Source of the DNA: Polyangiales bacterium
GTDB lineage: Bacteria; Myxococcota_A; Polyangia; Polyangiales; Polyangiaceae
DNA length: 64,000 nucleotides
Reading direction: 5' to 3'
NCBI GenBank assembly: GCA_038230375.1
Contig: JBBRNJ010000009.1
Coordinates: 64,001-128,000 of the forward strand
Numbering within the stretch: position 1 is the first letter of the stretch; each line of letters begins with the position of its first letter. The notes under the pieces are model-generated. The model saw only the letters and a list, made by a program, of their open reading frames with translations. It did no database searches and was not told the origin of the DNA. Made by a program: the position numbers and the translations under genes. Below are positions 18,882-28,371 of this stretch, one piece after another.

Positions 18882-20798
18882 ATGGAAGCCTTCTTCTGGG
18901 GCCTTCGAACCCGCGACTCGTTCAGCTTCAGCTGGCCGATCGGCCTGACGCTCGCTGTCTGTCTGGCATTCACACAGACCGACTTCATGTTGCTGATGCT
19001 CGCGTTCGTCTACCGCCGGACGCGGCGCTGGCACGACGACTTCGAGAGCGCAGGTCCCGGTGTTCGTCCAACGGGCATGGTGATCATCCCCTCGCTCCTC
19101 CGGAACGAGGACGACCTCAACGCGATCACGACAACGGTCGAGAGCTGCGCGACGAACAACTACCCCAGCGAGCTCCTCATCATTGCCAGTGTGGATGGCC
19201 GAACGGAGAAGCCCGCGCTCTATGCCCAGCTCGCGCGCTGGGTCTCGGAGCAGCACTACCCCGCCCACGTGCGCGTCTGCGTCGCCGGCACCGAGACGCG
19301 CCTTGGCAAGATGATGGCCGTCGAGGCGGGACTCAGCTTCGCAAAGAAGCTGGTCGAGAAGGGCGAGCTCCCGGAGCTGCCACAGATCTACTTCAGCATC
19401 GATGGCGACGGCACGCTGGGGCCCCACGCGCTGGAGCGCCTGGCCGCGCGCATCACCAAGCCTCATCCGATCACGGGAAATCCACGGCGAATCGTGTCGG
19501 GGAAGATCTGCATCCGACAGGATGTCTTCTGGCATGGCTGGCGCGAGCTCTTCACCTCGAAGGGGTTTCTCGTCATCAACGTTGCGCGCGAGTTCGTCGT
19601 GTCGAACGTGGCGCGCCACAACTGGAAGCTCACACCGAAGATCGGCGTGCCCGGCGCGCTCTACTGTTGCTGGACCGACATGCTGCTCATCGCGCCGCAC
19701 TACATGGGCTTCATGAAGACCATCCGCGCGCGCGACTGGATTCGCTGGTGGTTCGGCGCCGAGCCGCCGCTCTTCTCCAGGAGCAACGCGCCGGCGTGCC
19801 CCGAAGCGCTGACAGGCGCGTCCGATGACACCTGCATGGCATTCCTCGCCAGCATCTCGCAGTGGAAGGACGGCAAGCTGTGTCTGGACGCGCCGCGCAC
19901 GCCGCTGCACGCGTTCTTCGCCATCCTGAAGGGCTTCTTCCTGGAGCGCTCGCACGACTACGAACCCGAGGCGCGCGTCTACACCTATACGCCGTCCACA
20001 TGGAAGGGCCTCTGGACCCAGCGCGTGCGTTGGAATGCGTCGCGCTTCGAATGCGCGGGGCGCTTCTGGCGCTCGTTCTGGTTCCACTGGGAGATCGGCC
20101 TGCCCGTGGGCGCGCACCTGTCGATGGTGCTGCACGCCGTCCTGGAGGTCGCGGTCTACTACCTGCTGCTTCCCTACGTGTTCCTGGGCAACAACAGCGC
20201 GCTCCTGGGCTACGCCATGGGCTACGCGGCGCAGACGTTCTCGCACTCGCTCTACACGGCCATGGCATTGTTCCTGGAGACGGAGCGCAAGCAGTTCTGG
20301 CGCGTCCTTCTCTGCCTTCCGACGGCCGCGTTCTACCTGGTCGCGGTGAACTTTGCCGGCTGCGTGTACGGCGTGTCGCGCGACCTCTTCTTCTTCGGAA
20401 ACAAGACCAACTTCGCGCCCGAGTGGACCATGAAGAAGGGCGGCTGCGAGCGCATCGCGCTTGCCTTCCGCGTCAGACGATTCGCGAGCCTGTGTGTTCG
20501 CGCGGCCATCCGCGGCGACGTTCCTCTGGGGTGGTTCTGGTTCGGCTGGACGGAGACTCCGTGGACGCCGAGCGGCTTCGACGGCTGGACCACCGGCAAG
20601 AAGGCGCAGTCCATCTGGAGCATGGGCGTGCCGATCGTCACTGAGCCCATCATCCCGACCATGGCGGCGCCGCTGTCGCCGGAAGAACTGCGAGCGTCGC
20701 TGCGCAAGATCGAGATCAGACCGAGCGCAGGCCAGCCCGCCGCCGTCCCCGCGAACGACGAGGCGCATGCGAACGAGAAGCCAGCGAGGGTCGCATGA
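18882..20798 (+). CDS. Processive GT2 polysaccharide synthase (copy 1, gene C)
   Basis: SVDG, GKMMA, IDGD (DxD), ASDD and QRVRW motifs; N- and C-terminal TMs. Confidence 0.85.
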   Translation: MEAFFWGLRTRDSFSFSWPIGLTLAVCLAFTQTDFMLLMLAFVYRRTRRWHDDFESAGPGVRPTGMVIIPSLLRNEDDLNAITTTVESCATNNYPSELLIIASVDGRTEKPALYAQLARWVSEQHYPAHVRVCVAGTETRLGKMMAVEAGLSFAKKLVEKGELPELPQIYFSIDGDGTLGPHALERLAARITKPHPITGNPRRIVSGKICIRQDVFWHGWRELFTSKGFLVINVAREFVVSNVARHNWKLTPKIGVPGALYCCWTDMLLIAPHYMGFMKTIRARDWIRWWFGAEPPLFSRSNAPACPEALTGASDDTCMAFLASISQWKDGKLCLDAPRTPLHAFFAILKGFFLERSHDYEPEARVYTYTPSTWKGLWTQRVRWNASRFECAGRFWRSFWFHWEIGLPVGAHLSMVLHAVLEVAVYYLLLPYVFLGNNSALLGYAMGYAAQTFSHSLYTAMALFLETERKQFWRVLLCLPTAAFYLVAVNFAGCVYGVSRDLFFFGNKTNFAPEWTMKKGGCERIALAFRVRRFASLCVRAAIRGDVPLGWFWFGWTETPWTPSGFDGWTTGKKAQSIWSMGVPIVTEPIIPTMAAPLSPEELRASLRKIEIRPSAGQPAAVPANDEAHANEKPARVA

Positions 20799-21511
20799 GC
20801 ACCACGATCAAATCATCGCGACGCCTGTGGCGAACGCTGGCAGTGCCGCTGGACGCAATCACGCTTGGCCTGGTCGTGGTCTTCGCGCACCACGCCGAGC
20901 CCGTGGCGGCCACGCCGCTGGTCGATGTTCCGGCGGTGGCGGTGTGCGTCACCAGCGGGCAGGTGGACAAGCGCGGCAGCCAGTTCCGCGTGATGGACAA
21001 GGGCATGCGCGGCGTCGTCAACGACGACCACAGCTCCGACGTGGAGCTGCTCTTTCACTACGCGGGACCGGCAAAGAAGCAGGAGCCGCTTGCGAGCGGG
21101 GAGATGCGCATGCAGGTCGGACTGAAGCTGCGAGCACAGGACACCTGCAACGTGGTCTACGTGATGTGGCACATGGCGCCGGACCAAGGCGTTGCGGTGT
21201 CGGTGAAGCACAACGTGGCCATGCACACGCATGCGGAGTGCGCCGACGGAGGCTATGTGAACATGAAGCCGCGCGTCACGAAGGCGCCGCCACCCATCGT
21301 AGCTGGCTCCACGCACGCACTTCATGCAGCGATCGATGGCACCACGCTGCGCGTCCACGCAGACGGGGCGCTGGTGTGGGAAGGCGATCTGGGTGATGTG
21401 GCATTCGCGTTCGACGGTCCAGCGGGTGTACGCACGGACAACGTCGAGGCGGACCTCATGCTGCGCGTACCAAAGCGACTCCGTCCGTGGCGCGGCTGCC
21501 CGCTGCGCTGA
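20795..21511 (+). CDS. Secreted beta-rich protein, possibly ConA-like (copy 1, gene D)
   Basis: N-terminal hydrophobic segment; QVGLKLRAQDTCNVVYVMWH, HAECADGGY, GPAGVRTDN; paralog of 30251-31060. Confidence 0.6.
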   Translation: MSTTIKSSRRLWRTLAVPLDAITLGLVVVFAHHAEPVAATPLVDVPAVAVCVTSGQVDKRGSQFRVMDKGMRGVVNDDHSSDVELLFHYAGPAKKQEPLASGEMRMQVGLKLRAQDTCNVVYVMWHMAPDQGVAVSVKHNVAMHTHAECADGGYVNMKPRVTKAPPPIVAGSTHALHAAIDGTTLRVHADGALVWEGDLGDVAFAFDGPAGVRTDNVEADLMLRVPKRLRPWRGCPLR

Positions 21512-21537
21512 ATCGGGGCGTCTGCCAGGCGTCTTGC

Positions 21538-21783
21538 TCAGACCGTGACTTCGTAGTCCTCGATGACGGGGTTCGCGAGCAGCTCGTCCGACATCTTGCG
21601 CAGGTTCTCGGTGAGGGAGGCGCTGACCACGCCATCCTCCAGCTCGATCTCGATGAGCTTGCCGATGCGAACGCTCTTCACGCCAGAGAACCCCTGCCGC
21701 ACGAGCGCGCGCTTCACGGCGTCCCCCTGCGGGTCGAGGACCTCGGACTTCAGCCGAACGAGGACGGTCGCCTTCTTGCTCAT
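21538..21783 (-). CDS. purS: Phosphoribosylformylglycinamidine synthase subunit PurS
   Basis: [12 protein letters not shown]...VRIGK...[10 protein letters not shown]. Confidence 0.95.
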   Translation of the reverse strand: MSKKATVLVRLKSEVLDPQGDAVKRALVRQGFSGVKSVRIGKLIEIELEDGVVSASLTENLRKMSDELLANPVIEDYEVTV

Positions 21784-22754
21784 GACACTCCTTGCAGGTT
21801 GATGTTCTTCCGGATGCGTTCTGCTGGCGGCGCCACGTCGGGCACGAACGGCACGCCCGTGATGCGCTCGAAGGCCTCGATGTAACGAAGCGCTGCGCCC
21901 ACGCGGATGTCGTCGGGCAGCGCCGGCGGTGGCCCGTCTCCGCGGTATCCGATGCCGGTGTAGTAGCGACGCACGAAATCCTTGTCGAGCGGCTCCGGGT
22001 CCTTGCCTGCGGCGAAGCGCTCGTCGTATGTAGAGCGCATCCAGAAGCGCGACGAGTCTGGCGTGTGGATCTCGTCGATGACGATGATCTCGCCGTCCTT
22101 CGTCTTGCCGAACTCGTACTTGGTATCGACGAGGACGAGGCCGCGCGCCGCACACTTCTGTTGGCCGGCCTCGAACAGCTTCATGGCCAACGCAGCCGCG
22201 CGATCGAAGTCCGGAGCAGAGACCAGCCCGGTGGCAAGGATGTCCTCGCGCGAGCCGCTCACGTCGTGCTCTCCCTTCGGGGCCTTCGTGGCGGGCGTCA
22301 GGATGGGACGCTCCAGCCGCTGGTTCTTCTTCATGCCGTCGGGCAACGCATGGCCGCAGAACGCGCGCGCGCCCTTCTCGTATGCAGTCCAGATGCTGGT
22401 GGACGTGGTGCCCGTGAGATAGGAGCGCACCACCATCTCCGCCATGATCGGCGTGCACTCCACGCAGCGCAGCACCTGCGGATCAGGCAGGCCCAGGTAG
22501 TGATTCGCAACCACACCGGCCGTCTCCTCGAACCAGTATGCGGAGAGGCGTGTCAGCACCTGGCCCTTGAAAGGCACCGTACCCAGCACGTGATCGAACG
22601 CGCTGATGCGGTCCGTGGCGACCAGCAGCCGGGTGTGATCGGGACGCGAGTAGTTGTCGCGGACCTTGCCCTCGTACTTCTGCCCGAGCTCCGGGAAATC
22701 CGTTTCCGCGAGGGCGAAAGGCAATGCTTCACGGACGGTCCGCTCGTCGACCAT
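21780..22754 (-). CDS. purC: SAICAR synthase
   Basis: [38 protein letters not shown]. Confidence 0.96.
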   Translation of the reverse strand: MVDERTVREALPFALAETDFPELGQKYEGKVRDNYSRPDHTRLLVATDRISAFDHVLGTVPFKGQVLTRLSAYWFEETAGVVANHYLGLPDPQVLRCVECTPIMAEMVVRSYLTGTTSTSIWTAYEKGARAFCGHALPDGMKKNQRLERPILTPATKAPKGEHDVSGSREDILATGLVSAPDFDRAAALAMKLFEAGQQKCAARGLVLVDTKYEFGKTKDGEIIVIDEIHTPDSSRFWMRSTYDERFAAGKDPEPLDKDFVRRYYTGIGYRGDGPPPALPDDIRVGAALRYIEAFERITGVPFVPDVAPPAERIRKNINLQGVS

Positions 22755-22797
22755 GGGCCGGGTCTATAGCAGCTATGGCGACCTTGCGGCGAGCCCT

Positions 22798-24663
22798 TCA
22801 ACGAGGTGTGGCGGCGCAGCCTCCGCCGGTGATGCTCACCTTCGCCATGATGGTGCCTTCGGAGGTGATGCTGACGGTCTTGTCGACTCCATCAGCGCAG
22901 AGGTGGATGAGACGAGCCCCTGATTCGTCCGCTTCCGTCACGGTCGCCGGGGCGCCCGAGCGGGCACGTCTGCCCATGACGAAGAACGTGGCGAAGGTGA
23001 CGCTCGTGCCGTGGCGCGCGTACTCGAGGGCGTGCACAGCGTCCTTCTTTCCGTAGGCGAGCGAGACCCAGCCCTGCAGCGGCTTCTCCTGGCCGATGAT
23101 GTCCTTGACCGACAGCCCCTCGGGCTCTGACTGCCGGACAAGCACGATGGGCACCGACTTGATGTTGTCGATGTTCGCATCGAGACCGTCCATCGCGAGC
23201 TCGCCTCCAGGGAACACATGCCAGGTCTGCGCGTAGTCGTGAACCGCGGTGCCTCGGAGATCATCCGTCACCAGCACGGCTCCCTGATCCACGATGACCA
23301 CGGTCCGGCGGTGAACCACGTCAGCGTAGAGCTTGCTCTCGCCAGTGGCCCAGCACGACCCGCTTGCAACGCCGTAGGCGCCCGGTGTGGCGGCACCCTC
23401 GCGCTGATCCTTGCCGTCGACCACGACGGTGTTGTGAGCGCGCGTCCCGTGGAAGTAGTCGTACTCATCTCCCGCGTCGTACGTGAAGAGGCCGCCGTCC
23501 GGGAACAGCGTGGCCGCATCCGAGTAAATGGTCACGCCAAGCGCGTCGAGGTGCGAGTGGTCGGTGCGGTACACGCCCGCATCGAACGTCACGAACGTCT
23601 GCTCCAGCGCCGCTTTCGGCGCGCGCAACACGAACAACCCCGACGACGGAAACAGCTCCACGTGCTTCTGCGGCGCCGTCCCCGCCTGACCGCTGGTCCA
23701 CACGAACGCGTATTCCGGATCGAGCGCCGAGAGCGGCCCGTAGAGGAGCGGATCCTGGTTCGGCACGATCGTGGTGCCGGTCGCCCCGAGCATTGGCAAG
23801 CGCCCGTTCGGCTGCGTCACGTATGCGAGATAGTGGATCATGGCGCGCTTCGTCTCTTCCCAGGCAGGCGCGATCTCGGGCTCGTACTGCTTTGCCCAGG
23901 CCTGGACCTGGCTCACGAGGCCCAGCACGAACAGGTGATAAAATGGGGAGTTCTCGATGTCCACGCCGTCCGTGTCGATGTTCGTCGTGCGCATGGTCTC
24001 GAGGCGCGTGACACCGGTCGTCCGCCACGTCGCGGCGTCTTTCATGTCCGGGAAGTTGTGCGCGATCACGAGCAGCGCAGCCGCCTCCGTGAAGCCATGG
24101 TTCGCCCAGTACTCGAACCGACGCGTGTCCATGAGGAACGTCGCCATGCGCTCGATGGATGCGCGCAGCCCTGCATCCACGTCCTTGGGCAAGACCTTGT
24201 CCGTTGCGAGCTTCACGTAGAGGTTCGTGAGCACCATCGCGCGGTAGGCCGTGGCGTGCTCGTTGTCGAACTTGTGATGGTCGTAGGGGCGCTTCGGCTC
24301 GTATGCAATGTACGAGCGCAGGATGGCGAAGAGCTTGTCGAGGTACCGCTGCTCGTGCGTCTGCCGATAGGCGAACAGCAGGTGCTCCGTGTACCGCAGC
24401 GAGTAGAACATGAAGCGGAAGAACGCATCGTTGTACGGGTCCTCCGTCCACGTGAGCGGCCACGTCAGCTTCGCCGCAGGGAAGCCACGCGCCGGCCAGA
24501 TGTCGCTCACGATGCCGTCGGCGATGCCCACGTCACCTTGATCGAGCTCCAGGTACATCGCCTCCTTCGGCGGAGGCGGCGGATCCGGAGGCGGTGTCCA
24601 CGGCGCATCCGAGGCGCCGCACGCGGCCATGAAGAGCGTGGCGAAGAGTCCGATACGACGCAT
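22798..24663 (-). CDS. Heparinase II/III-like polysaccharide lyase lipoprotein
   Basis: Lipobox-like MAAC; NHG, ENSPFYH, HSHLD and HNTVVVDGKDQ motifs. Confidence 0.85.
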   Translation of the reverse strand: MRRIGLFATLFMAACGASDAPWTPPPDPPPPPKEAMYLELDQGDVGIADGIVSDIWPARGFPAAKLTWPLTWTEDPYNDAFFRFMFYSLRYTEHLLFAYRQTHEQRYLDKLFAILRSYIAYEPKRPYDHHKFDNEHATAYRAMVLTNLYVKLATDKVLPKDVDAGLRASIERMATFLMDTRRFEYWANHGFTEAAALLVIAHNFPDMKDAATWRTTGVTRLETMRTTNIDTDGVDIENSPFYHLFVLGLVSQVQAWAKQYEPEIAPAWEETKRAMIHYLAYVTQPNGRLPMLGATGTTIVPNQDPLLYGPLSALDPEYAFVWTSGQAGTAPQKHVELFPSSGLFVLRAPKAALEQTFVTFDAGVYRTDHSHLDALGVTIYSDAATLFPDGGLFTYDAGDEYDYFHGTRAHNTVVVDGKDQREGAATPGAYGVASGSCWATGESKLYADVVHRRTVVIVDQGAVLVTDDLRGTAVHDYAQTWHVFPGGELAMDGLDANIDNIKSVPIVLVRQSEPEGLSVKDIIGQEKPLQGWVSLAYGKKDAVHALEYARHGTSVTFATFFVMGRRARSGAPATVTEADESGARLIHLCADGVDKTVSITSEGTIMAKVSITGGGCAATPR

Positions 24664-24679
24664 TGAAACCTCCAGTGCC

Positions 24680-25915
24680 TCAGTCCACTTCCGCGTCGAG
24701 GATCGCGGTGGTGCTGCGAACACCGTCCGTCGCGACGAACGAGAGATGGTGCATTCCTTTCGCCAGCGGCGTGGTGGCAAACACGTAGGGCGTGATCGCC
24801 GTCTCGCGCACCAGCGTTGTGCCGTCGAACATCTGGACGTGCGCGCATGCCTCGTCGAAGTTCGCGGCAACGACCTGGATCAGCTGGTTCTGCGTGTACT
24901 TCGTGGCGGGCGCAACGACCTTCACGACCGGGTCGGCGATGAGGCCATCCACGCGATAGACATGCATGTAATCTACATCGAACGTGTTCGGGAACGGCGT
25001 GCTCTGGTCGGGGTCTCCCGTCCACCCGCCGACCCACCCGTTGATGATCCAGTACACCGGGTCCGTGGGCACCCCCTTCGTCGCAGGCGTGCTCTGCAGC
25101 TTGGCCACGCCGTCGATCCGCCACTCCAGGAGGTCGGGGGTCCAGAAGATCGTGTAGACGTGAAATTGACTGTAGTCTGCATCGTTCTCCATCATCACGT
25201 AGCGGCGACGGTCGTCGGCGGGGAGCGGCGGCGCGGCCCAGTGATTCACGAAGTAGAGCTCCGTGTACGGGTCCGTCGGGCGGTTCACGACCTCGATGTC
25301 GATCTCCGGGAAGGACTGCCACCACGGGCGCCCCCAGATCGCGGACCAGATCCCGGCTGCGTAGGGGAAGCGCGCGCGGAACTCGACCTTGCCATAGGTA
25401 CGCGCGTACTTGCCCAGCGAGTCGATGTACCCGGACGCGTAAGGATACGTGGGGTCGGTCGTGCGCGTGGTGACGGTGGACAGCATGCCGTCGTGCACGA
25501 TCGCGTTGGCCGGCAGAGACGTGTTGAGCACGCCAGAGTGCCCCTTGTACGCGTTCGCGACGTTCCACTTCGCCGGGTCGACTGTCGCGCCATCGAAGTC
25601 GTCGCCGTAGACGAGTACGTCGCCCGTCGTCTTCGCGGGTGGGCCGACCAGCTTGCACAATGTGGTCTCCGGCGGAAGCGAGACGGGCCCCGCATCAGCG
25701 GCGGTTCCGCCGCCATCGAAGGGAGAGGAACTGGACACGTCGGACAGCGGACCGGCGGTCCAGTCCTCTGACGGGGCCGACGAGCTCTTGCACGCGCTGC
25801 CAATGCCAGCCACGCCGACGAGCGTCATGAGGCACACCTGCGCTTGACGACCGCGCGTCAGCCGCCTGACTGTCTGCCCTGCTTCGCTGCGAAAAAACCG
25901 CGGTTTGGTGACCAT
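24680..25915 (-). CDS. GH16 glycoside hydrolase lipoprotein with C-terminal Ig-like domain
   Basis: DDFDG...WN, YGKVEFRARFP, catalytic EIDIE, FHVYTIFW, FDVDYMHVY. Start uncertain. Confidence 0.9.
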   Translation of the reverse strand: MVTKPRFFRSEAGQTVRRLTRGRQAQVCLMTLVGVAGIGSACKSSSAPSEDWTAGPLSDVSSSSPFDGGGTAADAGPVSLPPETTLCKLVGPPAKTTGDVLVYGDDFDGATVDPAKWNVANAYKGHSGVLNTSLPANAIVHDGMLSTVTTRTTDPTYPYASGYIDSLGKYARTYGKVEFRARFPYAAGIWSAIWGRPWWQSFPEIDIEVVNRPTDPYTELYFVNHWAAPPLPADDRRRYVMMENDADYSQFHVYTIFWTPDLLEWRIDGVAKLQSTPATKGVPTDPVYWIINGWVGGWTGDPDQSTPFPNTFDVDYMHVYRVDGLIADPVVKVVAPATKYTQNQLIQVVAANFDEACAHVQMFDGTTLVRETAITPYVFATTPLAKGMHHLSFVATDGVRSTTAILDAEVD

Positions 25916-26066
25916 GCTGCTGCCTGCTGCAGACGCCGTGCCCACCAGGCCTTCCTGCCGCGCCGGGTCAGCCCGATGACATCGCGCTGGTCAAAGGAGT
26001 GACGAGTGAGCCCTCCTCGATGCGGGGGAGAATGTCGGGACCGTGAAACTGACGGGCGGCAGGCCG

Positions 26067-26082
26067 TGGCAAGCGCCTTGCA
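26067..26082 (+). promoter_or_regulatory. Sigma54-type promoter of module copy 2
   Basis: TGGCAAGCGCCTTGCA (GG-N10-GC), about 50 nt upstream of ATG 26134. Confidence 0.7.
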
Positions 26083-26133
26083 CGTCGCAAGGTCACCCGT
26101 CTTTCTGCGACGGGCCTTCGAGGGTCGAAACGG

Positions 26134-27225
26134 ATGAAGCTCACCATCGCCAGGAATCGCCAGGACGTACTCGGGCTCTTGCTCGCTCTTGCGTGCCTGG
26201 TCCCCGCGAACGCCCACGCCGACGAGAACTACTGCGACAAGGTCCGCGCACGCAGTGGTGCAGACAGCGCTCTCCTCTTTGCGCCGTCGGCTCGTGTGTC
26301 GGGCGTGAAGGTCCCGCAGATCGGCGCGTCCGTGGACCCCACGAACATCGGCACCGAGTATCAGCTCCGCGGCGAGCTCTCCATGTCCGCCACGAACTTC
26401 TACAAGGGCACCATCGTCAACAAGGTCGCCGAGGCCGACTGCGACGTTCACAAGAACGCGGTGGTCGCGCAAGAGCTCGTCATGCGTGCAAGCGATCTTG
26501 GTCGCCTCGGCGCGCTCACCGACGAGCTCGCGTTCCTGGACGCGCAAAAACCCGCATGGGATGCGGTCGGCGCGAAGATGCAGGAGCGGCTCGAGGCAAA
26601 GACCACCACGCTGACCGAGGTGGCGGACGTGCGAACCCGCACCGTCATGCTGGACCGCGAGCGCGCGCAGGTGCGCGGCGACCTGGAGCGACTCACCGCG
26701 ATCGGCTGGAATCCCGGCACCATCGACGTTGCGCGCCTTGCGCAGCAGCTCGTCCAGGATTCGAGCCGCCTGGAGAACGAGGTCACGCGGCTGCGCGCTG
26801 TGGACCCGTGGGATGTGAGCGTGATGGGCGGCTACGTGCCTCCCGTGGCCTCGAGCAAGAACGACTGGTACGGCGTCGTGCAGCTCACGTACAACTTTGG
26901 CGGACTCTGGCGGAGCTCGCGGGACAATCGGTACCTCGAGGCGCGTGAGCGGGAGCTCAAGACCGCGCGGTACGAGCTCCCCCACCAGCTCGAGGTCCTC
27001 AAGAAGCACGTGGAGATCGCGCGAGCACAGGCGCGCACGGAGCTCGCGATCGTGGTCGCGCGCATGAGCGAGGTCACGCAGAACCGCGCGCAGCTCGCGC
27101 AGTCGGAGTCCACGCTGGCCCCGCACGCACTGGCAATGCTCGATCTCGAGCTCATCGCGAGTGGTGCCGACAAGACGTTTCTCGAAGGGCTCCTGCGTGA
27201 GCTCGGACGCATCCAGGAGAAGTGA
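26134..27225 (+). CDS. Secreted TolC/OEP-like protein (copy 2, gene A)
   Basis: Signal peptide ending AHA; YCDKVRAR...ALLFAPS and PWDVSVMGG...QLTYNFGG shared with copy 1. Confidence 0.6.
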   Translation: MKLTIARNRQDVLGLLLALACLVPANAHADENYCDKVRARSGADSALLFAPSARVSGVKVPQIGASVDPTNIGTEYQLRGELSMSATNFYKGTIVNKVAEADCDVHKNAVVAQELVMRASDLGRLGALTDELAFLDAQKPAWDAVGAKMQERLEAKTTTLTEVADVRTRTVMLDRERAQVRGDLERLTAIGWNPGTIDVARLAQQLVQDSSRLENEVTRLRAVDPWDVSVMGGYVPPVASSKNDWYGVVQLTYNFGGLWRSSRDNRYLEARERELKTARYELPHQLEVLKKHVEIARAQARTELAIVVARMSEVTQNRAQLAQSESTLAPHALAMLDLELIASGADKTFLEGLLRELGRIQEK

Positions 27226-28343
27226 CAATGGCCGCCGAGAAAGAGACCGCGAAGGAGCAGCCCACCGTGAAGAGTCGCATCTTCTCCGTCGCGACGTTGT
27301 GCGGCGTCGTCACGCTGCTCGGGTTTGCAGTGAACGGCGTCTACCGGGTCGCCACGGACCAGTTCGTTGCGCCCTGCGTTCTCTCGCCCGACAGCGATCT
27401 CGTGATCCAGTCGAAGCTGAGCATGGCGCAGCTCGTCTCCGAGCGTTTCCGCGTGACCACGCGCCGCGAGGAGATCGAGGTCACCGTGGAGGCCAGCGAC
27501 CGCGCGATCAAGGAGCTCGACGATCTGAAGGAGAACACCACGCGCGGCCTGGACTTCACGGTCGTCGTGACCGAGAAGCAGATGAGCGCGAGCACGACCG
27601 ACCTTCGTGCCCTCGCGCGCCAGCGCACGGACCTGATCTCCATGATCGAGCAGCAAGAGAACTTCACGGCCCAGGTGAAGAAGGACCTCGAGGCGGGCCT
27701 TGCCGCGAAGGCCGACTACGCGCGCGCCAATCAGATGCTGAGCCAGATGAAGATCTCGCTCATCGACAACGACCGCGCGCGCATCACGAGCGAGGAGACC
27801 AAGGACGAGGCCGCTCTCGCGCATCAGGCGCTCCGCGATCGTCACAAGCCTGGTCACATCGCCACGCCCGAGATGCTCACGCAACAAGAGCAGGTCGTGC
27901 GCCTCACGACAGAGATCATCAAGCTGCGCTCGGAGCGTCGCTCCGCGATCGCCGAGAAGACACACCTGGACGAGGAGCTCCGCATGATCGACCAGCTGAT
28001 GGGTCAGCTCAAGGAGCGCCCCGTGTTCAGCGCGGCAGACACGAGCATGACCGTTGCGTTCGTGCCGTACACGCAGATCGATGGCGTGGAGCGCGGCGCC
28101 GAGATCTACGACTGCGTCTGGGGGCTCTTCGCCTGCAAGGCCGTTGGGCACGTGACGAAGCTCCTGCCGGGCGAGGTGATCCTGCCGGATCCGTGGGGAA
28201 CGCTCACGCGCGGTCAGTACGCCACCATGGACATCGAGAACGCGGATTCGTCGCGATCGCGGACGCTCCGTGTGCGCCCGCAGCGGTTCGGTGCCGTGAC
28301 GCCGATGCCAAGGCCCGACCCGCGCGTCGCCAACGCAAAGTAG
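27222..28343 (+). CDS. HlyD/membrane-fusion-like protein (copy 2, gene B)
   Basis: TM, coiled coil, VAFVPYTQIDGV...CVWGLFAC...PDPWG. Confidence 0.65.
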   Translation: MTMAAEKETAKEQPTVKSRIFSVATLCGVVTLLGFAVNGVYRVATDQFVAPCVLSPDSDLVIQSKLSMAQLVSERFRVTTRREEIEVTVEASDRAIKELDDLKENTTRGLDFTVVVTEKQMSASTTDLRALARQRTDLISMIEQQENFTAQVKKDLEAGLAAKADYARANQMLSQMKISLIDNDRARITSEETKDEAALAHQALRDRHKPGHIATPEMLTQQEQVVRLTTEIIKLRSERRSAIAEKTHLDEELRMIDQLMGQLKERPVFSAADTSMTVAFVPYTQIDGVERGAEIYDCVWGLFACKAVGHVTKLLPGEVILPDPWGTLTRGQYATMDIENADSSRSRTLRVRPQRFGAVTPMPRPDPRVANAK

Positions 28344-28371
28344 CAGTGCACGTTCAAGGGAGCACGGACTG

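Noticed and set aside
18774..20768. 664-aa minus-strand ORF, and similar long antisense ORFs such as 31108-33102 +
   Set aside because: Stop-poor shadow frames expected in high-GC coding DNA; the opposite strand carries clear family motifs.
21784..22458. 306-aa ORF suggesting an extended PurS
   Set aside because: Only the last 81 codons are PurS; the rest is an alternate frame of purC.
26041..26105. c-di-GMP riboswitch upstream of module copy 2
   Set aside because: Hairpins are present but I find no GEMM consensus; the sigma54 motif explains the region better.
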